Origin: Minwuiaceae bacterium
GTDB taxonomy: Bacteria > Pseudomonadota > Alphaproteobacteria > Minwuiales > Minwuiaceae
NCBI GenBank assembly: GCA_028278525.1
Contig: JANQEE010000017.1
Span: 66,274-130,273, forward strand
Length of the DNA: 64,000 nucleotides
Reading direction: 5' to 3'
Every line of letters starts with the position of its first letter. The first letter of the stretch is position 1. Position numbers and translations under genes: made by a program. The notes below the pieces were generated by a model, which saw only the letters and a program-made list of their open reading frames with translations, had not been told where the DNA came from and did no database searches. Shown piece by piece: positions 18,414-27,565 of this stretch.

Positions 18414-20699
18414 ATGGACGATCCGCCCGAAACGCCGTCAGCGCATACCAGAGACGCCGAAGGCGCAATGTCCCTGTATCGATCGGGTCGCCTGGCGGAC
18501 GCCGAGCAGGCGTACAGGCATCTACTCGACCAGGACGCGGACAACGCGGACAGTCTGCATATGTTGGGCGTAATAGCCTGGCGGCGCGGAGCGGCAGACG
18601 ACGCGAAGTCGCTGATCGAGCAGGCCTTGCGACAAGAGCCGCAAAATGCGCGCTATTACAATAGCCGCGGCATTGTCCTGGCGAACCAAGGGCAACTGGA
18701 GGATGCCCTAAGCTGCTTCGAACAGGCTATCGGTTTAGATTCCGATCTCGTCGAGGCGCACAACAACTACGGCAACGTTCTCAAGTCGCTCGGGCGACTG
18801 GAAGCGGCTTTGGTTGCCTACGATACAGCGATTGAGTCTCGCCCCGGCTATGCCGAGGCGCATTGCAACCGCGGCGGTGTTCTCGAAGCCCTAAGCCGGC
18901 CCGACGACGCGCTGGCGGCTTACGATGAAGCCGTTCGCATCGATCCCCGTTCCGCGAGCGCGCACAACGGTCGAGGCAACGTTCTGGTTGGTCGGGACAA
19001 TCTGAAAGCTGCCTTGGTTGCCTACGACACAACGATCGAGCTTCGTCCGGAAGGCGCGAAAGCCCACTACAATCGCGGCAATGTCCTGAAAGCACTGGGA
19101 CGCTTCGCCGAGGCATTGACCGCCTACGATCGTTCGCTCCGCATCGATGGCGAATTCATCGATGCACAAAACAACTACGGCACCGTTCTCGAATCTCTGG
19201 ATCGGCCCGACGAGGCGCTGGCCGCCTATGATCGGGCGATCCGCATCGATCCCAATTGCGCCAAGGCGCACAACAATCGAGGCAACATATTGAGGGATCA
19301 AGGACGGCTGAAGGACGCCCTGGCGGCATTCGAAACGTCGATTCAGTTGGATCCGGATTCGGCGATCGCCCACAACAATCTCGGCACCCTGCTGAAGGAC
19401 CAAGGCCGCCTCGACGCCGCCTTGGCCCACTTTGAGAAGGCCATCCGCATCGATCCGAATTCGTCGAAACCGCACAGCAACTATCTGATGTGCCTGACGT
19501 GCGATCCCGAACAGGATGACGACGCACTGTTTCAGGCCCACAAGAGATGGGGTGAACGGCATGGCCGTCCGCACGGCGCCTTCACTTGTTACGAGAATTC
19601 CAGGACCGTGAACAAGACGTTGCGCGTCGGTCTGGTCTCCGAGGAATTTGGGCGGACCCCGACCGGCTGGTTCCTGGAATCCGTCCTCTGCGAATTGAAC
19701 GATAAAACTGTCCAGGCCATTTGCTATTCGGACCGTCTGCTAGAGGACGCTTTGACCGACCGTCTGCGGTCCTGTGCTTTCGCTTGGCATTCGACCAGTA
19801 CGCTGACGGATGCAAAGCTCGCTGAATCAATCCGCGCCGATGGGATCGACATCCTGATCGATCTTTCCGGTCACGCCGGCGGCAATCGCCTGGGCTGTTT
19901 TGCCCTGAAACCCGCGCCTGTCCAGGTAAGCTGGATCGGTTACCATGAGACAACCGGACTTCCTGCCATGGATTACATACTGATGGATCCGGTGGTCGTT
20001 CCGATAGGCGCAGAGCGCTGGTTCACGGAGACGGTGGTTCGGTTGCCGCATAGCCGGTTCTGTTACACGCCGCCGGAATATTCGCCTGTCGTCGTTGACC
20101 CGCCGGCCATCGCCAATGGGCACATGACCTTCGGCAGCTTCAACAATCTGGCGAAAGTCAACCCGGAGGTCATTCGCGTTTGGGCGCGCATCCTGACGGA
20201 GGTTCCCGGTTCCAGGTTAATTCTGAAGTGGACGACACTGGACGATTCGGAAGAATGCAAACGGATGGAGAATGCATTCGCCGACTTTGGGATCGAGTCG
20301 GACAGGATCGACATGCGCGGACGGTCGCGCCACCACAGGCTGTTGGCCGAGTACGGCGACGTCGATATCGCTTTGGATCCGTTTCCCTATTGCGGCGGCC
20401 TGACAAGCTGCGAGGCGTTGTGGATGGGCGTTCCGATCGTCACGCTGCCGCACACGCGACCCGTATCGCGCATGACGACGGCCTTCCTGACAGCCATGCA
20501 GAAAACCGAATGGATCGCCGAAAGTACTGCCGACTACATTCGCATCGCGACCGAGCTCGCGAGCGATTTGGATGGCTTGACCGTCCAAAGGTGCGAACAA
20601 CGCGAGAGCATGAGAGTGTCCCCATTGTGCGACGGAGCGCGAGCGGCGCGCGATCTAGAGGCCGCCTTGCGCCTTATGTGGCGTAGATGGTGCGCGTAA
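18414..20699 (+). CDS. TPR-repeat protein with C-terminal O-GlcNAc transferase-like (GT41/SPINDLY-type) domain
   Basis: About ten 34-aa TPR units (AxxxYxxAIxxxP pattern) are followed by a roughly 350-aa glycosyltransferase 41-like C-terminus. The gene is 761 aa. Confidence 0.8.
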   Translation: MDDPPETPSAHTRDAEGAMSLYRSGRLADAEQAYRHLLDQDADNADSLHMLGVIAWRRGAADDAKSLIEQALRQEPQNARYYNSRGIVLANQGQLEDALSCFEQAIGLDSDLVEAHNNYGNVLKSLGRLEAALVAYDTAIESRPGYAEAHCNRGGVLEALSRPDDALAAYDEAVRIDPRSASAHNGRGNVLVGRDNLKAALVAYDTTIELRPEGAKAHYNRGNVLKALGRFAEALTAYDRSLRIDGEFIDAQNNYGTVLESLDRPDEALAAYDRAIRIDPNCAKAHNNRGNILRDQGRLKDALAAFETSIQLDPDSAIAHNNLGTLLKDQGRLDAALAHFEKAIRIDPNSSKPHSNYLMCLTCDPEQDDDALFQAHKRWGERHGRPHGAFTCYENSRTVNKTLRVGLVSEEFGRTPTGWFLESVLCELNDKTVQAICYSDRLLEDALTDRLRSCAFAWHSTSTLTDAKLAESIRADGIDILIDLSGHAGGNRLGCFALKPAPVQVSWIGYHETTGLPAMDYILMDPVVVPIGAERWFTETVVRLPHSRFCYTPPEYSPVVVDPPAIANGHMTFGSFNNLAKVNPEVIRVWARILTEVPGSRLILKWTTLDDSEECKRMENAFADFGIESDRIDMRGRSRHHRLLAEYGDVDIALDPFPYCGGLTSCEALWMGVPIVTLPHTRPVSRMTTAFLTAMQKTEWIAESTADYIRIATELASDLDGLTVQRCEQRESMRVSPLCDGARAARDLEAALRLMWRRWCA

Positions 20700-20783
20700 T
20701 TGTTTCGCAAAAAGCCACGGCGAAGTCGACGAATCCCGCCGACAAAAGAGAGCACAGCCTGGGCCGGGTTGGCGGACGTTCTC

Positions 20784-21125
20784 TCAGCCCGAACCGACGC
20801 GATTGTCGTCGTGCGCAGGTAGCCAAACGTCCGCCGCAGCTCTGTGTGCCTGCCGAGCCGACTTGGCATAGATCCGAGCCTGAAAGACGTTGTCGATATC
20901 GGCGCCGCCGAAACGGTCGATCAGCTTTTCAATGAACAACGGGAAGGTCGCGTGGAGAACATCCACATCCTGCATATCTTCATGGAGCTGATCCAGTAAC
21001 TCCGCCAGCGCGTTCAGCCGCGACGGCCAGGAGCGATGACGGAGCGGCTCGTAGACGCGTTCGACCAACTCGTCGGCCAAGCGCTCCGGCGTTACGGGCA
21101 ATGGGCTATGGGGTTTCACACGCAT
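20784..21125 (-). CDS. Hypothetical protein
   Basis: The 113-aa ORF has a balanced composition. The opposite-strand ORF is Arg-rich and likely spurious. Confidence 0.3.
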   Translation of the reverse strand: MRVKPHSPLPVTPERLADELVERVYEPLRHRSWPSRLNALAELLDQLHEDMQDVDVLHATFPLFIEKLIDRFGGADIDNVFQARIYAKSARQAHRAAADVWLPAHDDNRVGSG

Positions 21126-21152
21126 TTTGCAGACCTGATTTAAGGCGCACGA

Positions 21153-21449
21153 TCATCGAGACGTCGACGCATGGGCTTTGGCGCGCGCGCTTTGTCGCGA
21201 AACGGAAAGATATACGGACGCCTTGCCGCCGCGTGAACTCGCGGAAGCCCTTGCCGTCGCCCGGCCTTGCATGTCGGTCAATGTTTCAGACAGATAAAGG
21301 TCTCCGCCAATGACTGTTCGTTCGTGGACAATCGGGCGTCGGTCAGGGGCTGACCCCTCATCCGCAAATACCGGTTCCCCACCGGCCGTGGAGACGAAAC
21401 CGACCGCGGCACAAACCATGACGGCAACGCGGACAACCATTGCGCTCAT
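21153..21449 (-). CDS. Hypothetical small secreted protein
   Basis: A signal peptide (MSAMVVRVAVMVCAAVGFVSTAGGEP) is present. It shows weak resemblance to the EP...LTD.Q N-motif of the small-protein family. Confidence 0.3.
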   Translation of the reverse strand: MSAMVVRVAVMVCAAVGFVSTAGGEPVFADEGSAPDRRPIVHERTVIGGDLYLSETLTDMQGRATARASASSRGGKASVYLSVSRQSARAKAHASTSR

Positions 21450-21821
21450 GACCTTCGACGTTGAAATCCACCAATCCGATAACGTCGGCATAACCAACCA
21501 TGGCTGACGTCAAAGGATTAAAGTCTGGCGCCGGAACCTGGCCAAGCTGTCAATAGGTCGTAGCATTGCGGGCATGGGCCATCGTTGCTTCGGAAGACCG
21601 GGCAACGAAGCCCCCTTTTTGACGATTTGGCGTCGCCGTCTACAGCCATGGTTGTAGGCGCGGATCTGACCTCCCCAATTCGTCGCACCGATCACCGCCG
21701 AACGGCGGGCCAACCTTTTGGGTGGTTGTCCGGTGTCTCTACCAACACGCACACTCGATACACTGGCGCTGACGCCTCGCGCGGGCGCCGGTCGACAGAA
21801 CAATCGGAGGAGTGTTCGAAC

Positions 21822-22178
21822 ATGTCGAAGACAATGCTTTCCCTGCTTGCCGGTGTTTCGTTTGTGGCGTTGACGGGCGCCGCCGGCGCGGTGGAGCCGA
21901 TCAAGCTCACCGACAACCAGATGGACAAAGTCACGGCCGCCGGCTTTGTGGACTTCGATACCGACATCGATGTCAACGTCGACATCGACAAGGATGTCGA
22001 TATCAACGTGGATGCCGATGTGGACGCGGATGTCGATGTCGACGGCCATCTCGCCGTGGCAGAGGCCTCGGCCGACGCGTTTGGCAGCTTCGGCACCTTG
22101 TCGATTACCGATGCGTTTGCGCAGACGACGAGCAACTCTTCGGAGTCGTTCTCGTTCGCCTTGGCCGCGACGGACTAA
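21822..22178 (+). CDS. Small secreted acidic-repeat protein, member 2 of the paralog family (DVDIDKDVDINVDADVDADVDVD core)
   Basis: An RBS (ggagg) lies 11 nt upstream of the ATG. It has a Sec signal (MSKTMLSLLAGVSFVALTGAAGA), the N-motif EPIKLTDNQMDKVTAAG, and the C-motif ASADAFGSFGTLSITDAFAQTTSNSS. A terminator follows. Confidence 0.8.
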   Translation: MSKTMLSLLAGVSFVALTGAAGAVEPIKLTDNQMDKVTAAGFVDFDTDIDVNVDIDKDVDINVDADVDADVDVDGHLAVAEASADAFGSFGTLSITDAFAQTTSNSSESFSFALAATD

Positions 22179-22234
22179 GGCATCACCCGGCCTGATACGT
22201 GACCGAGGCCGGAAGTCCCTTAAACAAACTGAGC

Positions 22235-22265
22235 GCCCCGTGTCATCGCACGGGGCCATTTTTCT
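22235..22265 (+). terminator. Rho-independent terminator (gccccgtg-N6-cacggggc followed by a T-run)
   Basis: A GC-rich hairpin followed by TTTTTCT lies 57 nt after the stop of the 21822 gene. It is conserved in the paralog copy. Confidence 0.75.
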
Positions 22266-22347
22266 GCGACTCTTCGCTCGGACCCGTATTGCACGAAATC
22301 GGGCGGCAAGCTCTTCTGTCCTCCCAAACGTACGGGACGACCTCTGC

Positions 22348-23490
22348 CTAGCCGCTTTCCACCTGGCCATCACCGGCGTCGGGCACGCGCGAAGCCAGTG
22401 CACGGCGCCGGGCAGCGTTGGTCTTGTCGAAGAAGAAGCCGAAGATCCCGAAGCGTCTGCCCGATGTCACGGGCAGAGCCTCATGCAGCAGCTCAGCCGA
22501 GAAAACCACGGCGCCGCCGGCATCCGGCTTATAGAGCTGGCGCCCGAACTCCGGGAACCAGAGTTCGCCGCCTTCGTACTCGTGCGTGTTCAGATTAATC
22601 GTAAGCGCGAACTGCCGAAGTTTCGTGGCCGGCGTCGCTGTGGTATCGCGGTGGCGCAGAAACCTTCCTTGGACGGCGGAATCGTAACAACCGACGCGCA
22701 GCAACTGCCAGCTCTGCAGCTCGAAGTGAAACGCCTTCAGCAATTGCGGCGCGATGCGACGATTTATTCTCGCTCGCAGCTCGATGTTCAGGGCGCGGCT
22801 TGTTATGTGGACATCGGCCCGCCGCTTTTGGCCGTAGTCCGCACGGACGGCAGTTCCATGCGTTGTGGAGGTTACCTGATCGACCAACTTGTTGCCGGCT
22901 TGCCAATAGTCCATCAGCTTTCGGCAGAGATCCGGCTCAAGCACGTCATGAACGATCAGGGCCGGCGCCGCGGCCCGCACCTGCTGCGGCGCTGTCCGCT
23001 CAAAGATCCGGGTGCAATCTTCAAGCGCCGCCCCGAACGCGGCCCCCGGCCGGACGGAGACGATGCGCCCATCCGCATCCAGGACCACGACACCCGGACC
23101 GGTCAGGCCGACGGCACGCGCGACCCGCCGGTTTGGGTCGAGGAGCGTCCGCAATCCGATCGGCGATGGCACCGCCGCGGCCGACCCGTTGCGCGCGCGC
23201 ACGACCAGCCATGGATTGGCGCCGACCGCCTCGAAATCCGGCTGACGTTGGGCGAAAAGCCCTGCAACAACGGGATCCGGAGCGGCGTCCGCGATCCAGA
23301 GAACGAACGGCATGCCGATCCAGGATCCGTTCGCAATATGGACCTTGTTGCCTTGCGTGCTCTCGAGTTCGATAGCCTCCAGCGTATCGCCGCATGCAAC
23401 TTTGGCGGGCTTCGAAACCGGACCGATATCAAATCGATCGGCGGCCTTCGCCGGCTGTTTTTGCGTCGACTTATCGTCTGCCAAGGACAT
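22348..23490 (-). CDS. Thioredoxin-like (AhpC/TSA-type) N-domain fused to a 2OG-Fe(II) oxygenase (prolyl/aspartyl hydroxylase-like) C-domain
   Basis: The C-terminal part has HxD...H spacing (FLRHRDTT ... LLHEALPV) and RxS (SGRRFGIFGF) 2OG-binding features. The N-terminal 150 aa is redoxin-like. The gene is 380 aa. Confidence 0.65.
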   Translation of the reverse strand: MSLADDKSTQKQPAKAADRFDIGPVSKPAKVACGDTLEAIELESTQGNKVHIANGSWIGMPFVLWIADAAPDPVVAGLFAQRQPDFEAVGANPWLVVRARNGSAAAVPSPIGLRTLLDPNRRVARAVGLTGPGVVVLDADGRIVSVRPGAAFGAALEDCTRIFERTAPQQVRAAAPALIVHDVLEPDLCRKLMDYWQAGNKLVDQVTSTTHGTAVRADYGQKRRADVHITSRALNIELRARINRRIAPQLLKAFHFELQSWQLLRVGCYDSAVQGRFLRHRDTTATPATKLRQFALTINLNTHEYEGGELWFPEFGRQLYKPDAGGAVVFSAELLHEALPVTSGRRFGIFGFFFDKTNAARRRALASRVPDAGDGQVESG

Positions 23491-23924
23491 CCGGGCCTCG
23501 CGTCTTCTTCGCCTGTGCGATCGCCTCCGGCATCAGACTGCCCGGGGGTTTGTCGCCAAGACATGCGGGGGCACTAACCGTTAGTTTAAGTCCGGCCCCC
23601 CGCCCCCGGCCTACTTGACAATTTGAGGTACGTCTTTCGTTCGGCAGCATGGCCACCGGACGAACCCGACGAGTCACTTTGATATCTTCGTAGGACCGCC
23701 TATTGGCTGCACGCGGCCGAACCGGCGGCAGCAAATTGCGTCTACCACCGTGGCGGTAGACGCGGACCGGAACTCAGCATTTCGTCGCACCGGTCACCGT
23801 CGAACGGCGGGCCAACCTTTTGGGCGGTTGTCCGTCATCTGCACCCACACGCAAACTCAATCCACTGGTGCCGACGCTCGGCGCGGGCGCCGGTTGACAG
23901 ACCCAATTGGAGGAGTGCTCGAAC

Positions 23925-24278
23925 ATGTCGAAGACAATGATTTCCCTGCTGGCCGGCGTGTCGTTTGCCGCATTGACCGGAGCCGCCGGGGCGGCGGAGC
24001 CGGTCAAGCTGACCGACGGCCAGATGGACAGGATCACGGCCGCCGGCGGTGTGACGTTCGATACCGACATCAATGTCATGGTCGACATCGATAAGGACGT
24101 CGATATCGACGTGGACGCCGATGTGAACGCGGATGTCGACATCGAAGGCAATCTTGCGGTGGCCGAAGCCTCGGCCGATGCCTTTGGCAGCGATACCTTG
24201 TCGATTACCGACGCGTTCGCGCAGACGACGAGTTTCTCTTCGGAGTCGTTCTCGTTTGCTCTGGCCGCGACCGATTAA
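23925..24278 (+). CDS. Small secreted acidic-repeat protein, member 3 of the paralog family
   Basis: It is about 85% nucleotide-identical to the 21822 gene, including the RBS, the leader and the terminator. The N-motif is EPVKLTDGQMDRITAAG and the C-motif is ASADAFGSDTLSITDAFAQTTSFSS. Confidence 0.8.
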   Translation: MSKTMISLLAGVSFAALTGAAGAAEPVKLTDGQMDRITAAGGVTFDTDINVMVDIDKDVDIDVDADVNADVDIEGNLAVAEASADAFGSDTLSITDAFAQTTSFSSESFSFALAATD

Positions 24279-24333
24279 CGCATTACCCGGCCTCACACCT
24301 CGTCGAGGCCGGAAGCGCTTCAATTAAACTGAA

Positions 24334-24365
24334 AGCCCCATGTTTGCACATGGGGCTACTTTTTG
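24334..24365 (+). terminator. Rho-independent terminator (agccccatg-N5-catggggct followed by a T-run)
   Basis: This hairpin plus TTTTTG sits after the 23925 gene and is paralogous to the 22235 terminator. Confidence 0.75.
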
Positions 24366-24414
24366 CGCCGGTTCAGAAAAGCACGTAGAACGGGAAGAGA
24401 GTCCTCGATCGGAA

Positions 24415-25716
24415 TTAGCGGCCGACGTCGACCGCGCCGTCGGACGGCAATTTCGTGGGGTAATCTCCGAACACCTTGCCGGCGGGCTCGGCGGGCCGGT
24501 CAGCCAGTGTGGCTTCTCCGTAGGTTCGATAATAGTACGCCACGGTCTCGAGCAGCGTGTCATAGAGCGAAATCCGGGGCGTCCATCCCAATAGTTCCCT
24601 GGCCTTCGCCAGCACCGGCATCCGACGATCACAGTCTTCATAGCCCTCGCCATAGAAGTCCCGCGACGAAACCGACACGATCGGATGGGAGAGGTAGGAC
24701 GGGTCGCCGGTCACTTCGGCATAGACCAGCCGCATCAACTCCGCCAGCTCTGCCATCGTGACCTCATTCTCGCGGTTTCCGATATTGAAGATCTGGTTCG
24801 CCGCCCGATCCGGCTTTTGCAACATCAGCACGACCGCGGCAATGGCGTCGTGGATGGACACGATGGTGCGTCGCGCCGCACCGCCATCGACCAATTGCAG
24901 GGGCGACCGGTCCAACAGGGCTGTCATAAAGCAGGCGAGAACCCGCGGTATGCCCTCGCCGTCCCGGCCGGGAATGAAATCCATCTTCGGCCCAAAGAAG
25001 TTGAGCGGGCGAACGATCGTATATGGCAGGCCGCGTTCCCTGTGGTGCGCATAGATGAAGCGCTCCAACATCTGTTTCGCGCAGGCGTAGCTCCAGCGTT
25101 GGTTCTGGATGGGTCCCATGATCAACGGCGTTGCGGTTTCTTCCAGCTCGAATAGATCCGGATTCGAATAGTCGGGCGCCGGCAGATAGCTCGAAACCGT
25201 GCGCCCGTAGACCTCGCTGGTGGAGAAATGAATCAGCCACGTGCCGTGATGCGAACAGAGCTCGACCAGGCGATAGACGTCCAGGAAATTGGATTTGATC
25301 ACTTCCAGCGGGTTCGTGTTGTACTGCGACGGATTGCAAATGGCAGCCAGGTTGATGACCGCATCCGCCCACCTGACCGCTTCAATTAGTCCCGCGGGAA
25401 TCCGCGTATCGCTGAACGCTTCCCGATGGAACGTGAATTTCGGATTGGCCAGATGCGCGGCGATCTTCTCGTCATGCAGATCCCAGCCTTCGATCCGGAT
25501 CGCCCCTTGATCCAGAAGCCTGTCCAGAAGGTGGCTGCCGATAAAGCCACCGCATCCCAGGACAACCAAGTTCCGGACAGGTGGGAGGGAACGACGACCG
25601 TTGCCGACCCGCAAAGAGTGTTGCTCGACGCCATTTCGGCCATTGGCTGGAGGCCCATCTTGAGCCGACTTCCTTGTTCGTTTCCCGTCGCTTCGAAGCT
25701 CGGACTTGGCAGCCAT
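24415..25716 (-). CDS. NAD-dependent epimerase/dehydratase (UDP-glucuronate decarboxylase / ArnA C-domain-like)
   Basis: It has the LGCGGFIGSHL Rossmann motif and a YACAKQMLER (YxxxK) catalytic motif. The gene is 433 aa. Confidence 0.8.
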   Translation of the reverse strand: MAAKSELRSDGKRTRKSAQDGPPANGRNGVEQHSLRVGNGRRSLPPVRNLVVLGCGGFIGSHLLDRLLDQGAIRIEGWDLHDEKIAAHLANPKFTFHREAFSDTRIPAGLIEAVRWADAVINLAAICNPSQYNTNPLEVIKSNFLDVYRLVELCSHHGTWLIHFSTSEVYGRTVSSYLPAPDYSNPDLFELEETATPLIMGPIQNQRWSYACAKQMLERFIYAHHRERGLPYTIVRPLNFFGPKMDFIPGRDGEGIPRVLACFMTALLDRSPLQLVDGGAARRTIVSIHDAIAAVVLMLQKPDRAANQIFNIGNRENEVTMAELAELMRLVYAEVTGDPSYLSHPIVSVSSRDFYGEGYEDCDRRMPVLAKARELLGWTPRISLYDTLLETVAYYYRTYGEATLADRPAEPAGKVFGDYPTKLPSDGAVDVGR

Positions 25717-26272
25717 GGTCCCACTCCCGTCTTGTTTTCGTTACACACCGCGTCACGCAGGTCATTCGCCGTAACGGCCATCTCCTGCCGCTCACCCTCG
25801 CCTCTGGGTTGCGCATGCGCGCGGCCGGCCACGCGCCTGAACGGCCTCGAACAATTCAAGCCGCATGACAATCGCCCGGCTAGAAGCCAATCCGATGTAG
25901 GCGAGCGCTCGAAAGAGGTAGAGCAGCCCGGGTAAGCACCGGGCCGGACAATGCCGAACCGGCGCGCGTCGGCACGCCGCGCCCGCCGTTGTTCTTCGTT
26001 CGGTCGTTTTGCCGGTAAGAGAACCGAGAACGCCCGCGTGTCGGATGTACGAACGCGGCCCGGCCTCGATCACCGATCAATTTACCTACCTCCAAATCGG
26101 TAGGAAGGAGCAAATTGATGAACGTTTGGACAGCGCTTAATGCCAAAGGCGAATTGTCACCCCGCGAGAACGCAAGCAAAATTCCAAGAAGTCTTTTTGT
26201 CTTGGTGGTTTATGACGTTGCTTGTACGTACGGCATTCGTGCGGCCGAGCGCATATCGGGGAGGGTGGACCT

Positions 26273-27565
26273 ATGTTTATTCGGGGCACGCGAGGCGACG
26301 ACATTCTGATCGGCACGGCTGCGGATGACTTCATCTTGGGTAACGGTGGCAACGACATTATCGATGCCACCCTGGGCGGCAACAACACGATCATTACCCG
26401 CAGCGGCGACGACCAAATTTTGGCTGGATTGGGCAACGACGTCATCAACGACCGTGGCGGCGACAACACCATCATGGATCTCGGCGGCAACAACTTCATA
26501 CGAACCCGCGATGGCGACGATGATATCACCACCGGCGACGGCGATGACGAAATCTATGCGGGCGACGGGACCAACATCATCGACGCCGGCGACGGCAACA
26601 ATACCGTCATCGGCGGCGATGGTTTCGACGATATCAGGGTCGGTTTCGGGAGCGATTTCGTCAAACTTGGAAGTGGCAACGAGCCCATCGACGTAAGCGG
26701 CACCGGCGCGACGGTCGATTTCTCGATTGGCGGCGCCATCTCGATCAACGGCGAGCCGCTGTTCGACTTTAGCGGCATCGGTGCCGATGATCCCAATCAG
26801 CTTATCGATCTGGCCAACTTCGGCCTGGCATCACTTGGTTTTGGCGTCGTGAGCGCGAGTAATCTGAGCATCGACTTCGGCGGGAGCGACACCATCCTCG
26901 GTTCGGGCCGCGACGACGTCATTTTGAACGACTTCTTTTTTCTCGGCGGCTCCGGCCCGGCAGCCAGCGACGACGAGATCCATGCCGGCGAAGGCGAAAA
27001 CATCGTCATCGATGTCGGCGGCAACAACCTGATCACCTCCGGCGAGGGCGACGACATCATTTTTACGTCGCTGGTGGCGGCGGTCGCCGGTGACGACGAA
27101 GTCATCAGCGGCGGCGGTGACGACAACGTTCAGACCGGCGCCGGCAGCGACAATGTCCAGACCGAAGAGGGCAACGACATATTGGTGGGCGGCACGGGTC
27201 CGGACATACTGGCAGGCGGAACAGAGCAAGATCGCATCTTTCCCGGGACAATGAACGCCTTCGATGGGCAGACCGACATCATCGATTACAACTCGCTGGC
27301 CGAAACCACGCCGGACCCAAGTCAGGTCGATCTGGTATTCGGTTTCGAGCCGGGCGCCGGCGGCGACCAGATCGACTTCAGTGATTTAACCGGGCCGGCG
27401 TTCGACATCGGTTCCGACCTCAAATTCCTGGTCGGCAATGTCGGCGTTACGCCGAGCACTTTCGTGCTGCTCGACCCCGATGGCGGCGCCGACGGCTTCG
27501 TCTTCACAGCGGCTTTGGTCGGCACAAATCCGGCGTTGCTCACCCCGGACAATTTTATCGTCTGA
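26273..27565 (+). CDS. RTX-type calcium-binding repeat protein (putative T1SS substrate)
   Basis: It contains many GGxGxDxU nonapeptide repeats (GGNDIIDATLGGNNTIITRSGDDQILAGLGNDVIND...). It lies directly upstream of the T1SS ABC/MFP genes. An RBS (gggagggtgga) precedes ATG 26273. Confidence 0.8.
   Translation: MFIRGTRGDDILIGTAADDFILGNGGNDIIDATLGGNNTIITRSGDDQILAGLGNDVINDRGGDNTIMDLGGNNFIRTRDGDDDITTGDGDDEIYAGDGTNIIDAGDGNNTVIGGDGFDDIRVGFGSDFVKLGSGNEPIDVSGTGATVDFSIGGAISINGEPLFDFSGIGADDPNQLIDLANFGLASLGFGVVSASNLSIDFGGSDTILGSGRDDVILNDFFFLGGSGPAASDDEIHAGEGENIVIDVGGNNLITSGEGDDIIFTSLVAAVAGDDEVISGGGDDNVQTGAGSDNVQTEEGNDILVGGTGPDILAGGTEQDRIFPGTMNAFDGQTDIIDYNSLAETTPDPSQVDLVFGFEPGAGGDQIDFSDLTGPAFDIGSDLKFLVGNVGVTPSTFVLLDPDGGADGFVFTAALVGTNPALLTPDNFIV

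Larger units (their letters stand above)
21630..22270 (+). repeat. Direct repeat unit A (leader hairpin, small secreted protein gene, terminator)
   Basis: It is about 85% identical to 23730-24370 across the 5' UTR, the CDS and the 3' hairpins. Confidence 0.8.
23730..24370 (+). repeat. Direct repeat unit B (paralog of 21630-22270)
   Basis: It matches unit A as above. It includes the leader hairpin gcgtctaccaccgtggcggtagacgc at about 23737-23762. Confidence 0.8.

Noticed and set aside
21960-22060. Short-period DNA repeats (gatgtcgac... units) that might be mistaken for a CRISPR or VNTR array.
   Set aside because: They are in-frame coding repeats (DVDIDVDADV) of the small secreted protein, with no spacer and direct-repeat architecture.
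24415-25716. The possibility that the epimerase/dehydratase is an ArnA-type bifunctional enzyme.
   Set aside because: Only the roughly 340-aa SDR-fold decarboxylase-like domain is present. No N-terminal formyltransferase domain is seen.
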